From positions 93-64,092 of the forward strand of contig DASVMK010000098.1 in NCBI GenBank assembly GCA_036384395.1: a stretch of DNA of 64,000 nt, read 5' to 3'. The translations under genes were made by a program, and so were the position numbers. This DNA is from Novosphingobium sp. (lineage in GTDB: Bacteria; Pseudomonadota; Alphaproteobacteria; Sphingomonadales; Sphingomonadaceae). A model generated the notes under the pieces. That model did no database searches and was not told the origin of the DNA. It saw only the letters and a program-made list of their open reading frames with translations. Of this stretch, positions 8,843 through 16,239 are shown piece after piece (position 1 is the first letter of the stretch; the number at the start of each line of letters is the position of its first letter).

Positions 8843-10038
8843 CGGGACATCTCTTTCAGCGAAGCGGGCGCGCGCGCGGCGAAGCGGCTGCCGATCCCGC
8901 GCGCGCGGGCGCGGGGCAGCGGCGGCAGGCCGGGCTGCGGCGCGAGCGCGGCGGCCTGGGTAACGGTGGTGCGGATCGTGCTGGTCTGCGCCGAGCCGCC
9001 GGTGGGGGCCTGCGCCTCGGCGGCGGCGGCGATCACCGGCGCCAGCGCCGCGCCGCGCGCCAGCATCGGCGTCGGCTGCGCGGCCAGCGGCGCGAGGACC
9101 GGGATGGCGGCGGCACCGTTCGCCGACGAACCGCCCCTGCCGCTCTCGGAGGGCGCGGCGAGGCCGAACACCGTCCAGGCCGACACCATCGTGCCCGCGA
9201 CCTTCATCACCATGCTCATCAGCGCCGCGTGGACCGCCGCGATCACGAACAGCGCCATCGCCGCGCGCGGGTCGATCCCCTCGGTGCCGCGCAAGTCGGC
9301 GATCACCGGCACCGCGAGCTCGAGCGTCAGCGAACCGCCGGCGACGACGAACAGCGGCGCGATCGCGGTCATGACGAGGCCGCGCAGCCAGCCCGCCGCC
9401 AGCCCGCGCGTGCCCGAGAACAGCGCCAGCACGACGAAGACCGGCCCCAGCGCGAGCAGCACGGCCAGTGCGATCCGCGCGGTCACCAGCACGCCGACGG
9501 TGCCGAGCAGCAGCAGCAGCGCGCCGAGCCACATCAGCCCGGTGGGCGAGAACGCGCCTCCGGCTTGAGCGGCATTGGCGGCCTGCGCCGCGCCCGCCGC
9601 CGGAGCGGCGCCGTTGCTGGCGGTCTGGGCGATCGCCGCGAAGATCATGTCGAGCCGGCCGGCGAAGATCTGCGTCGCCGAGCCCTTGATGCCGGTGAGG
9701 ATCCCGGCGAGCTGGTCGGGCGCGCCGATGGCGAGGTTCCAGACCACGCCCTGCCAGGCGACCCAGCTCGTCGCGAAGGTCAGCACGAGGCCGAGCGTCA
9801 GCGCGCGCGGGGTCAGCGCCGCCACGCCGAGCCGGCTGCGCCCGGTGAGCAGCGCCAGCGCGAAGACCGCGATGTAGAGCGTCAGCAGGATCGTCAGCGC
9901 CGGCAGGAGCGCGCCTTGCGCGCCGAACAGCCGGCCGAACGCCGCGCCCGCCAGCTCGTTCGACAGGCAATCGACCGCGCGCAGCGCCGGGGCGGCGCCC
10001 AGCGAGGCTTCGGCGGTGAGCTGGGTGCAGGCGGCCAT
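8839..10038 (-). CDS. virB6: TrbL/VirB6 polytopic inner-membrane T4SS protein
   Basis: Several TM segments, RIALAVLLALGPVFVVLALFSGTRGLAAGWL signature, Ala/Pro-rich C-tail; sits between virB4 and virB9. Confidence 0.88.
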   Translation of the reverse strand: MAACTQLTAEASLGAAPALRAVDCLSNELAGAAFGRLFGAQGALLPALTILLTLYIAVFALALLTGRSRLGVAALTPRALTLGLVLTFATSWVAWQGVVWNLAIGAPDQLAGILTGIKGSATQIFAGRLDMIFAAIAQTASNGAAPAAGAAQAANAAQAGGAFSPTGLMWLGALLLLLGTVGVLVTARIALAVLLALGPVFVVLALFSGTRGLAAGWLRGLVMTAIAPLFVVAGGSLTLELAVPVIADLRGTEGIDPRAAMALFVIAAVHAALMSMVMKVAGTMVSAWTVFGLAAPSESGRGGSSANGAAAIPVLAPLAAQPTPMLARGAALAPVIAAAAEAQAPTGGSAQTSTIRTTVTQAAALAPQPGLPPLPRARARGIGSRFAARAPASLKEMSR

Positions 10039-10039
10039 G

Positions 10040-12469
10040 CTACTCGGCCGCCTCGATCCACAGCGCGTCCTCGTCGTCCGCTTCGCCCGGCCAGGCCTCG
10101 CCGGTCAGCAGCGGATACCAGGCGGCGGGCCGGTCGCCGACCTGGGCGCGCAAGGCGTCGAGCCGGCGCACGGTGCTTTCGCGGCCCGAGAGCACGGTCA
10201 GCACCTCGGGCATGCCCGAGAGGTCGAGCCGCACGACGACCGAGGCGTCCGACTGGCGGACCAGGAAACAGCGGCTCTGCGCCGGCAGCGTGCGGATCAG
10301 GTCCAGCTCGTGGCTCGTCAGGCCGAAGCCCTCGCAATAGTCTTCGGGCCGGGCGCGGGCGTTGGGCATGAACACCATCGTCGCGGTCTGCTCGACCAGC
10401 GCCGCCGAAATCCGGCTTTCGAGCGCGTCGCGCGCCGACTGGGTGGCGAAACCGACCAGCGCGTTGCGCTTGCGCAGCGTCTTGAGCCAATCGCGGATGC
10501 GCGCGGCGAAGACCGGATCGTCGAGCGCCTTCCAGCCCTCGTCGATCAGGATCATCGCCGGCGTGCCGTCGAGCCGCTCGTCGATGCGGTGGAAAAGGTA
10601 CATCATCACCGGCGTGCGCAGCCGCGGGGTTTCGAGCAGCGCGGTCATGTCGAAGCCGATGACGCGGGCGGAGAGGTCGAGGCGATCCTCCGCGTTGTCG
10701 AACAGCCAGCCGTGCTCGCCCGCCCCGATCCAGGCGTCGAGCCGGGCGGCGAGGTCGCCGGGTTCGGGGCGGCGGCTGCCCGCCAGCAACTCGCGGAAAT
10801 GGGTGAGGCGGCGCAGCGCCGGATCGTTGGCGTAGGCGGCGTCGACCGCGCCCGCCAGTGTCGCGTGCTCCTCCGGCCCGTCGGCGGCGAGCAGCACCGC
10901 CAGCCAGTCGCGCAGGAAGGCGCGGTTGGCGGGGGTGTCGGGGAGCGCCAGCGGGTTGAAGCCGGTCGGATGCCCGGCGGCGATACGGCTGTAATCGCCG
11001 CCGATGCCGCGCACGAAGACCTCGGCACCGCGATCCTTGTCGAACAATACGGTGCGGGGGCCGAACTTCTGCGCCTGCGCCGCGAGGAAGTTCATCACCA
11101 CCGTCTTGCCCGAGCCGGAGGGGCCGATGACGGTGAAGTTGCCGAGGTCACCCTGATGGAAATTGAAGAAGAACGGCGTCGCGCTGGTGGTGGTCAGCAG
11201 CGTCGCCGCCTCGCCCCAGTGGTTGCCCTGGGCGCTGCCCATCGCGAAGCCGTGGAGGCTGGCGAAGCAGGCCATGTTGGCGCTGGAGACCAGCGCGCGG
11301 CGAACGACGAACGCCTCGTTGCCGGGGAACTGACCCCAGAAGCCGGGCTCGAGGTTGACGTCCTCGCGCACCGCGATCGCGCCCATGTCGGCGAGCGCGG
11401 CGGCGCAGGCGGCGGCGGTCTCGTCGAGCGCGGGCAGGCTGGGCGCGCGGACCAGGACGGAGAGGTGGTGATCGCCGAAAGCGGTGGCGCCGGTGCCGAG
11501 CGCGTCGCGCGCGGCGGTCATCTCGCGGCGTTCGGCCAGCGCCTCCTCGTCGGCGGATTTCAAACGGCGGATGGCGAGGTCGATGCGCTCGCGGGCGATC
11601 TGGCGGTCGGTCGGCGCGTAGCTGGCGGTCAGCACCAGCTCGCACGGCAGCCGCAGCAGCGCGTCGGCGAGGCCGGGCGCGGTGGTGTCGGGGTAGTCCT
11701 TGAGGCTGATCAGCGCGGCGAAATCGCTGCTCCCCGCCGCCACTCCTCCTGGGCCGCGCGCTTCCATCGCGTCGAGGCCGAACGACAGCCGCTTGTAGGG
11801 CAGCATGCGACCCACGTCGGTGCCTTCGGCCGGGCGGCGCACGGGGCGCATCTCGCCGTTGTAGAGCGCGCTGAGCAGTTCGAGCACTTCCGAGCAGGTG
11901 CCGCCCGCGCCCTCGTAGTCGCCCAGCATCCGCGCGCCATAGGCGCCGAGCGAGGCGGTGAGCGCGCCCGCCGCCGCCTTGAGCGCGCGCACGTCCGCGG
12001 GATCGGCTGCGATTGGCGCGGCGCCTTTGCGCTTCATCATCCGGCCGAGCCTGTCGGCCCAGCCGGCGCGGCCGCGCGCGGGGCGGCGCACCAGCGTGAC
12101 GAACTGGTCGTTGACGTAAAGCGCGCGGGTGGCGACCGCCGCCTTCCAGCGCGCGTCGATATGCGCGGCCAGCGGATCCTCGAACGTGCCGTCGAGCTCG
12201 ACATGGACGCGGCGGCGGATGACGTGGTGGTAGAGCACGAAACGGGCGTCGAGCGCGCTGCGCAGCAGCACCTCGCGCGTCGCGGCGTGGGCGTTGAGTT
12301 CGTCGGTGTCGGCGGTCTCGAACGAGAGGCCGGGCACCATCAGCGCGCACAGCACCGATCCGTCGCGCAGCAGCACGACGTTCTCGTCGACGAGCGCGCG
12401 GTAGGGCAGGCGGTCGCCGGCCGAGGCTTCCTTGTTCGCCCAAGCGGCCGCTCCGGATAACAGGCCCAT
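10040..12469 (-). CDS. virB4: VirB4 family T4SS ATPase
   Basis: Walker A GPSGSGKT, LFDKDRG, GFNPL, Walker B ILIDEGW, WLKTLRKRN, FATQS; start MGLLSGAAAW with AGGAG RBS. Confidence 0.96.
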   Translation of the reverse strand: MGLLSGAAAWANKEASAGDRLPYRALVDENVVLLRDGSVLCALMVPGLSFETADTDELNAHAATREVLLRSALDARFVLYHHVIRRRVHVELDGTFEDPLAAHIDARWKAAVATRALYVNDQFVTLVRRPARGRAGWADRLGRMMKRKGAAPIAADPADVRALKAAAGALTASLGAYGARMLGDYEGAGGTCSEVLELLSALYNGEMRPVRRPAEGTDVGRMLPYKRLSFGLDAMEARGPGGVAAGSSDFAALISLKDYPDTTAPGLADALLRLPCELVLTASYAPTDRQIARERIDLAIRRLKSADEEALAERREMTAARDALGTGATAFGDHHLSVLVRAPSLPALDETAAACAAALADMGAIAVREDVNLEPGFWGQFPGNEAFVVRRALVSSANMACFASLHGFAMGSAQGNHWGEAATLLTTTSATPFFFNFHQGDLGNFTVIGPSGSGKTVVMNFLAAQAQKFGPRTVLFDKDRGAEVFVRGIGGDYSRIAAGHPTGFNPLALPDTPANRAFLRDWLAVLLAADGPEEHATLAGAVDAAYANDPALRRLTHFRELLAGSRRPEPGDLAARLDAWIGAGEHGWLFDNAEDRLDLSARVIGFDMTALLETPRLRTPVMMYLFHRIDERLDGTPAMILIDEGWKALDDPVFAARIRDWLKTLRKRNALVGFATQSARDALESRISAALVEQTATMVFMPNARARPEDYCEGFGLTSHELDLIRTLPAQSRCFLVRQSDASVVVRLDLSGMPEVLTVLSGRESTVRRLDALRAQVGDRPAAWYPLLTGEAWPGEADDEDALWIEAAE

Positions 12470-12479
12470 CGTTCGCTCC

Positions 12480-12761
12480 TTACGGCGCATAGCTGTTGCA
12501 GCCCCAGCGCTGGAAGTTCCGCACGCGCGGACAGCGGGAGACTTTGGTGATCCACAAATCGAACACGCGCGGTTCACGCAGGCAGGCGAGATAGCCGATC
12601 GCGTGGATCAGCAGCGCCACCGGCAGCGCCAGGAAGCTCTTGGTGATGAGGAACGCCTCGGTGGTCACCGCCGCGTTGATCACGAAGAAGCTGTAGGTGA
12701 CGCCGGCGAACATCTGCGGCCGTGTCAGCGCCCGGTGCACCGGATAGCGCGTAAGCTCCAT
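12480..12761 (-). CDS. virB3: VirB3 T4SS protein
   Basis: 93 aa, ALTRPQMFAGV motif, two TM helices, directly upstream of virB4. Confidence 0.92.
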   Translation of the reverse strand: MELTRYPVHRALTRPQMFAGVTYSFFVINAAVTTEAFLITKSFLALPVALLIHAIGYLACLREPRVFDLWITKVSRCPRVRNFQRWGCNSYAP

Positions 12762-13078
12762 CAGCCGACCGCCGCGGCCGACTGGATGCCGGTGACGATC
12801 GCGCCCGCGCCGAACAGCACGAAGCAGCCGATGATCACCGTCGCGCCGAAGCGCCAGTTCATCCGCCCGGTCAGCATCATGAAGCCCACCGCGGCGACCG
12901 CCATCACCGCGACCGCGGTGGCGACGTTGCCGAGCAGCGTGCCCTGCAGCCAGCCGAGCGCGGCGACGATCGGGCCCGAGCCTTGCGGATCGGCGGCCGC
13001 GCCCGCGACTTGCGCGTAGGCCGCCTGCGGCGCTGCCAGCAACGTGGCGGGGAAAAACTTCTTGAGCATCGGGGTCAT
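12761..13078 (-). CDS. virB2: TrbC/VirB2 pilin
   Basis: Signal/leader followed by two hydrophobic helices (GNVATAVAVMAVAAVGFMMLTG; IIGCFVLFGA); stop overlaps the virB3 start. Confidence 0.9.
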   Translation of the reverse strand: MTPMLKKFFPATLLAAPQAAYAQVAGAAADPQGSGPIVAALGWLQGTLLGNVATAVAVMAVAAVGFMMLTGRMNWRFGATVIIGCFVLFGAGAIVTGIQSAAAVG

Positions 13079-13716
13079 CTCCGAACGGGTGCGGACAGGA
13101 TGGGTGCGGTCAGCCGCGCCATGATCGACGCGACGTAGTTCTGGGTTTCGCGGATGCGCGGGATGCCGCCCGCCGCCTGCACCCGGCCGGGGCCGGCGTT
13201 GTAGGCGGCCAGCGCCTTCTCGATGTCGCCGCCGAACGCATCGAGCTGGGCGCGCAAGTAGCGCGCGCCGCCTTCGAGGTTGGCGTGCGGATCGTCGGGG
13301 TTCACGCCCATCTGGCGGGCGGTGCCGGGCATCAGCTGGGCAAGCCCGCGCGCGCCCGCCGGCGAGACCGCGCCGCTGCGCCAGCGGCTCTCCTGCCAGA
13401 CGAGGGCTTCGATCAAGGCGGGCGACAAGTCATACTTGGCGGCGAGCTCGGCCACGCGCGCGCGGTAGGCGTCGGGGACGGCGGTGGGGGCGACGTCGGT
13501 AACCGGGGTGCCCTGGGGGACGGCCGCCAGGGGCGCGTCGAGGTCGAAGGTGGTCGCCTCGGTCGCGGCTGCCGGTCCGCCCGCGACCCATGCCGCACCG
13601 CGCGTGCCGATCTCGAGCACGTCGGCATGGGCAACGGTGGGGACGAGCGGCGACAGGGCCAACAAGGCCGCCGCGACGTCAGAAACCACCGAATCAACTG
13701 CCCACAACCGACTCAT
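13075..13716 (-). CDS. virB1: VirB1-like soluble lytic transglycosylase with signal peptide
   Basis: SLT motifs QESRW (catalytic Glu), SPAGARGLAQLMPGTA, ALAAYNAGPG, ETQNYV; AGGAGG RBS; first gene of the virB operon. Confidence 0.88.
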   Translation of the reverse strand: MSRLWAVDSVVSDVAAALLALSPLVPTVAHADVLEIGTRGAAWVAGGPAAATEATTFDLDAPLAAVPQGTPVTDVAPTAVPDAYRARVAELAAKYDLSPALIEALVWQESRWRSGAVSPAGARGLAQLMPGTARQMGVNPDDPHANLEGGARYLRAQLDAFGGDIEKALAAYNAGPGRVQAAGGIPRIRETQNYVASIMARLTAPILSAPVRR

Positions 13717-13750
13717 CGAGCCCTCCTGCCGGGGGCCTTGCGCTTTTTAC

Positions 13751-13768
13751 GTGACGGCTCTGTGACAG
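13751..13768 (-). promoter_or_regulatory. Pho box upstream of virB1: CTGTCAC-AGAG-CCGTCAC
   Basis: Reverse complement of GTGACGGCTCTGTGACAG; two near-consensus PhoB heptamers at 11-bp spacing ending 35 bp before the virB1 ATG. Confidence 0.8.
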
Positions 13769-13903
13769 TTACGATGCGTCGCCGCCGAATGGGATTTCGG
13801 CTTTATTCTCTATATGGGCCGGGAAAAAGCAACGGCGCGACCGCGCGATTTCCCCAGCCTTTTCGCGACTATTTGCGACCGAAAGGACCCGTGCTCGCGG
13901 GGA

Positions 13904-14299
13904 TCATCGCGCGGCGAGCATCTGGCCCTGCGAGAGGCGGGACAGCGCGGAGCGGGCGGCCTGGCGCGAATCCATCCAACGGCCGTCGGCAAGTTCGAGC
14001 TCGTAGCGGCTGCGGCTCGCCATCGCAGCGCGGTAGTACCCTTCGGCCTTGGCCATGTCGCCCATGCGGGCGGAGGCGGTGCCGAGGTTGATAAGGGCGG
14101 CCGGATCGTCGATGTCGAGTGCGCGATTGGCGCGGATGCGATGAATCGCTGCCGCGTTGTGGCCGGCGCTGAGTTCGTCGTAGCCGACTTCGGCGTAGGC
14201 GATCTCGCTGCCCGTGCGTCCCTCGTACCCCGGGACGACGATCAGCGGCGCGGATTGAGCCAGCAGCGCGGCAACCAGCATAGTAGCGGACATCGGCAT
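13904..14299 (-). CDS. Small secreted tetratricopeptide-repeat protein
   Basis: AGGAG RBS, hydrophobic N-terminus, TPR-like segment PAALINLGTASARMGDMAKAEGYYRAAM. Confidence 0.75.
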   Translation of the reverse strand: MPMSATMLVAALLAQSAPLIVVPGYEGRTGSEIAYAEVGYDELSAGHNAAAIHRIRANRALDIDDPAALINLGTASARMGDMAKAEGYYRAAMASRSRYELELADGRWMDSRQAARSALSRLSQGQMLAAR

Positions 14300-14371
14300 C
14301 GTTCTCCTGAATTCTGTTCTGACCCGGTCAGGCTATGACTCGCCTCCTGTTCGCGCAATGAAACTGTAACA

Positions 14372-14499
14372 TTGTCATAAAAATGAAACGTTGGCCTTCC
14401 GGCGGAGTCGGGTCCGTCAGCCAAGGTGTTGTCATAATTGTCATATTACAACCACAGAACACTATTCGAACTGTCATAGAACCGAAAACAAACTGTCAC
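14372..14499 (+). promoter_or_regulatory. Phased array of Pho-box half-sites upstream of the lipoprotein/TBDR operon
   Basis: TTGTCAT 14372, TTGTCAT 14438, CTGTCAT 14471, CTGTCAC 14493: offsets 66, 33 and 22 bp, all multiples of 11; an extra TTGTCAT at 14429. Confidence 0.75.
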
Positions 14500-14571
14500 C
14501 CCCTGCTCCTATTTGGCGAGTCGCGAGGGCGGTCCTGCCGTCGACGAAACTCACCATGAGGGGTACCTACC

Positions 14572-16167
14572 GTGAAAAAACCGCACAGCTTGATTATGGT
14601 CGCCTGCAGCGCGCTGGCGCTCGCCGGCTGCGGCGCCGACGACGTCGCGGCACCCGGCGGCCCGATCGTGATCCCGACGCCGTCGCCGTCGCCCTCTCCG
14701 ACCCCCACGCCCGGCGCGGGCTCGGTCACCGCGGCTGCTTCGTGCACCCCGGGCACTACCGACCTCGGCACCATTCAGCTCCAGGGCACCCGCGGCACCA
14801 TCCGCAACTGCGGTGTTCCGGCGCAGATCACCGGCACGCTTAACCTTACCGCGCGCCGCGCGGACGGCGTGATGTACTCGCTCAACGGCCGCACCGACGT
14901 GGGCCGTGACATCGATCTGGCCGGCGGGGCTGCGGCGACGCTCAACGTCTCGGCCGGCGTGACCGTCTTCGCGCAGACCCGCGAGACCTCGCTGATCGTC
15001 AACCGCGGTTCGCGCCTCAACGCCGACGGCAACGCCAACCAGCCGATCATCTTCACCGCGCTCGCCAACCTCACCGGCCAGGGCATGACCGAGGCCACCG
15101 ACAACCTCTGGGGCGGCCTGATCGTCAACGGCCGCGCGCCGGTCTCGGACTGTGACGCCACCGTCTCGTCCTCCACCGTGGGCGGCTCGGCCGGCTGCTG
15201 GCGCAAGGCCGAAGGCGTCGCCACCGACACGCTGTTCGGCGGCAACGTCGCCAACGACAATTCGGGCATCCTGCGCTACGTCCAGGTGAACTTCACCGGC
15301 GTCGGCGCGAACGCCAGCGAGATCCAGGGCATCACCACCGGCGGCGTCGGCTCGGGCACCGTGATGTCGCACATCCAGATCCACAACAGCCTGGACGACG
15401 GCATCGAATCGTTCGGCGGCACGCAGAACATGGATCACCTGGTGATGACCGGCATCGCCGACGACTCGCTGGACACCGACAACGGCTTCCGCGGCGCGGT
15501 GCAGTTCCTCCTGGCCGTGCGCCGGGCCAACGGCACGGTCGGCGATTCGGCCGGCAACCAGACGATGCTCGAGGTCGACAGCTCGGCGGTGAACGACGCG
15601 CAGCCGCGCCAGTACCTGCGCCTCGCCAACTTCACCTTCGTCCAGAACACGCCGAACGAGCCGGCCATCCGCCTGCGCGGCGGCGCCGACGTCGACCTGA
15701 TCAACGGCATCGTCATCGCCAAGAACACCGGCACCCGCCAGTGCTTCGACGTCGACGACGCGCAGACCGTTCAGGCGGCCGGCACCGGCGGCGCTGCGAA
15801 CGACGAGCGTGGCCCGCCGCGCCTGCTTTCGGTGGTGTTCGACTGCGGCACGCTGATTGATGCCGACGCCGACACCTTCGAGCAGGATACGCTGAGCAAC
15901 CCCGCCAACAGCGCGGTCAACCAGGCCTTCACCAACACGCTGGCGTTCCTGACGGGCTCCACCGTGGGCCAGGTCGCGCCCGGCACGAACGAGCTTGCCG
16001 TCGCCGGCGCGGCCAACCTGACCACGATCAGCTCGTTCTTCACCCAGGTCAACTACATCGGTGCCTTCAGCGGCCCCGGCGATACCTGGACCCAGGGTTG
16101 GACCTGCAACTCCGACGTCGCCAACTTGCGCGGCCTGACGAGCTGCACCGACATCCGCGTCTCGTAA
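14572..16167 (+). CDS. Uncharacterised lipoprotein with parallel beta-helix-like repeats, TBDR-associated
   Basis: GTG start, lipobox LAGC (Cys20), Pro/Thr linker, WGGLIVNGRAP, DNSGILRYV, GGVGSGT, DDGIESFGG, DDSLDTDNG; strongly C-ending codon bias. Confidence 0.8.
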   Translation: MKKPHSLIMVACSALALAGCGADDVAAPGGPIVIPTPSPSPSPTPTPGAGSVTAAASCTPGTTDLGTIQLQGTRGTIRNCGVPAQITGTLNLTARRADGVMYSLNGRTDVGRDIDLAGGAAATLNVSAGVTVFAQTRETSLIVNRGSRLNADGNANQPIIFTALANLTGQGMTEATDNLWGGLIVNGRAPVSDCDATVSSSTVGGSAGCWRKAEGVATDTLFGGNVANDNSGILRYVQVNFTGVGANASEIQGITTGGVGSGTVMSHIQIHNSLDDGIESFGGTQNMDHLVMTGIADDSLDTDNGFRGAVQFLLAVRRANGTVGDSAGNQTMLEVDSSAVNDAQPRQYLRLANFTFVQNTPNEPAIRLRGGADVDLINGIVIAKNTGTRQCFDVDDAQTVQAAGTGGAANDERGPPRLLSVVFDCGTLIDADADTFEQDTLSNPANSAVNQAFTNTLAFLTGSTVGQVAPGTNELAVAGAANLTTISSFFTQVNYIGAFSGPGDTWTQGWTCNSDVANLRGLTSCTDIRVS

Positions 16168-16185
16168 CTCTACTTTGCGTACTCC

Positions 16186-16212
16186 GGGGGAGCGGCCGTG
16201 CGCCCCTCCCCC
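16186..16212 (+). other. GGGGGAG...CTCCCCC stem-loop between the lipoprotein and TBDR genes
   Basis: 7-bp stem beginning 19 nt after the stop codon; the same stem recurs at 18967-18987. Confidence 0.5.
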
Positions 16213-16239
16213 CCTCTTCGTTCTCCTGGGGGACCACCA

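Noticed and set aside
5939-13716. virB cluster as an ICE or conjugative plasmid remnant
   Set aside because: No relaxase, coupling protein, integrase, att/tRNA site or compositional shift; the genes are intact and embedded among housekeeping and Pho genes.
14358-14389. Minus-strand Pho box dedicated to the TPR gene (GTTTCAT x2)
   Set aside because: The two heptamers are 25 bp apart, not a multiple of 11, so direct PhoB control of the TPR gene is not supported.
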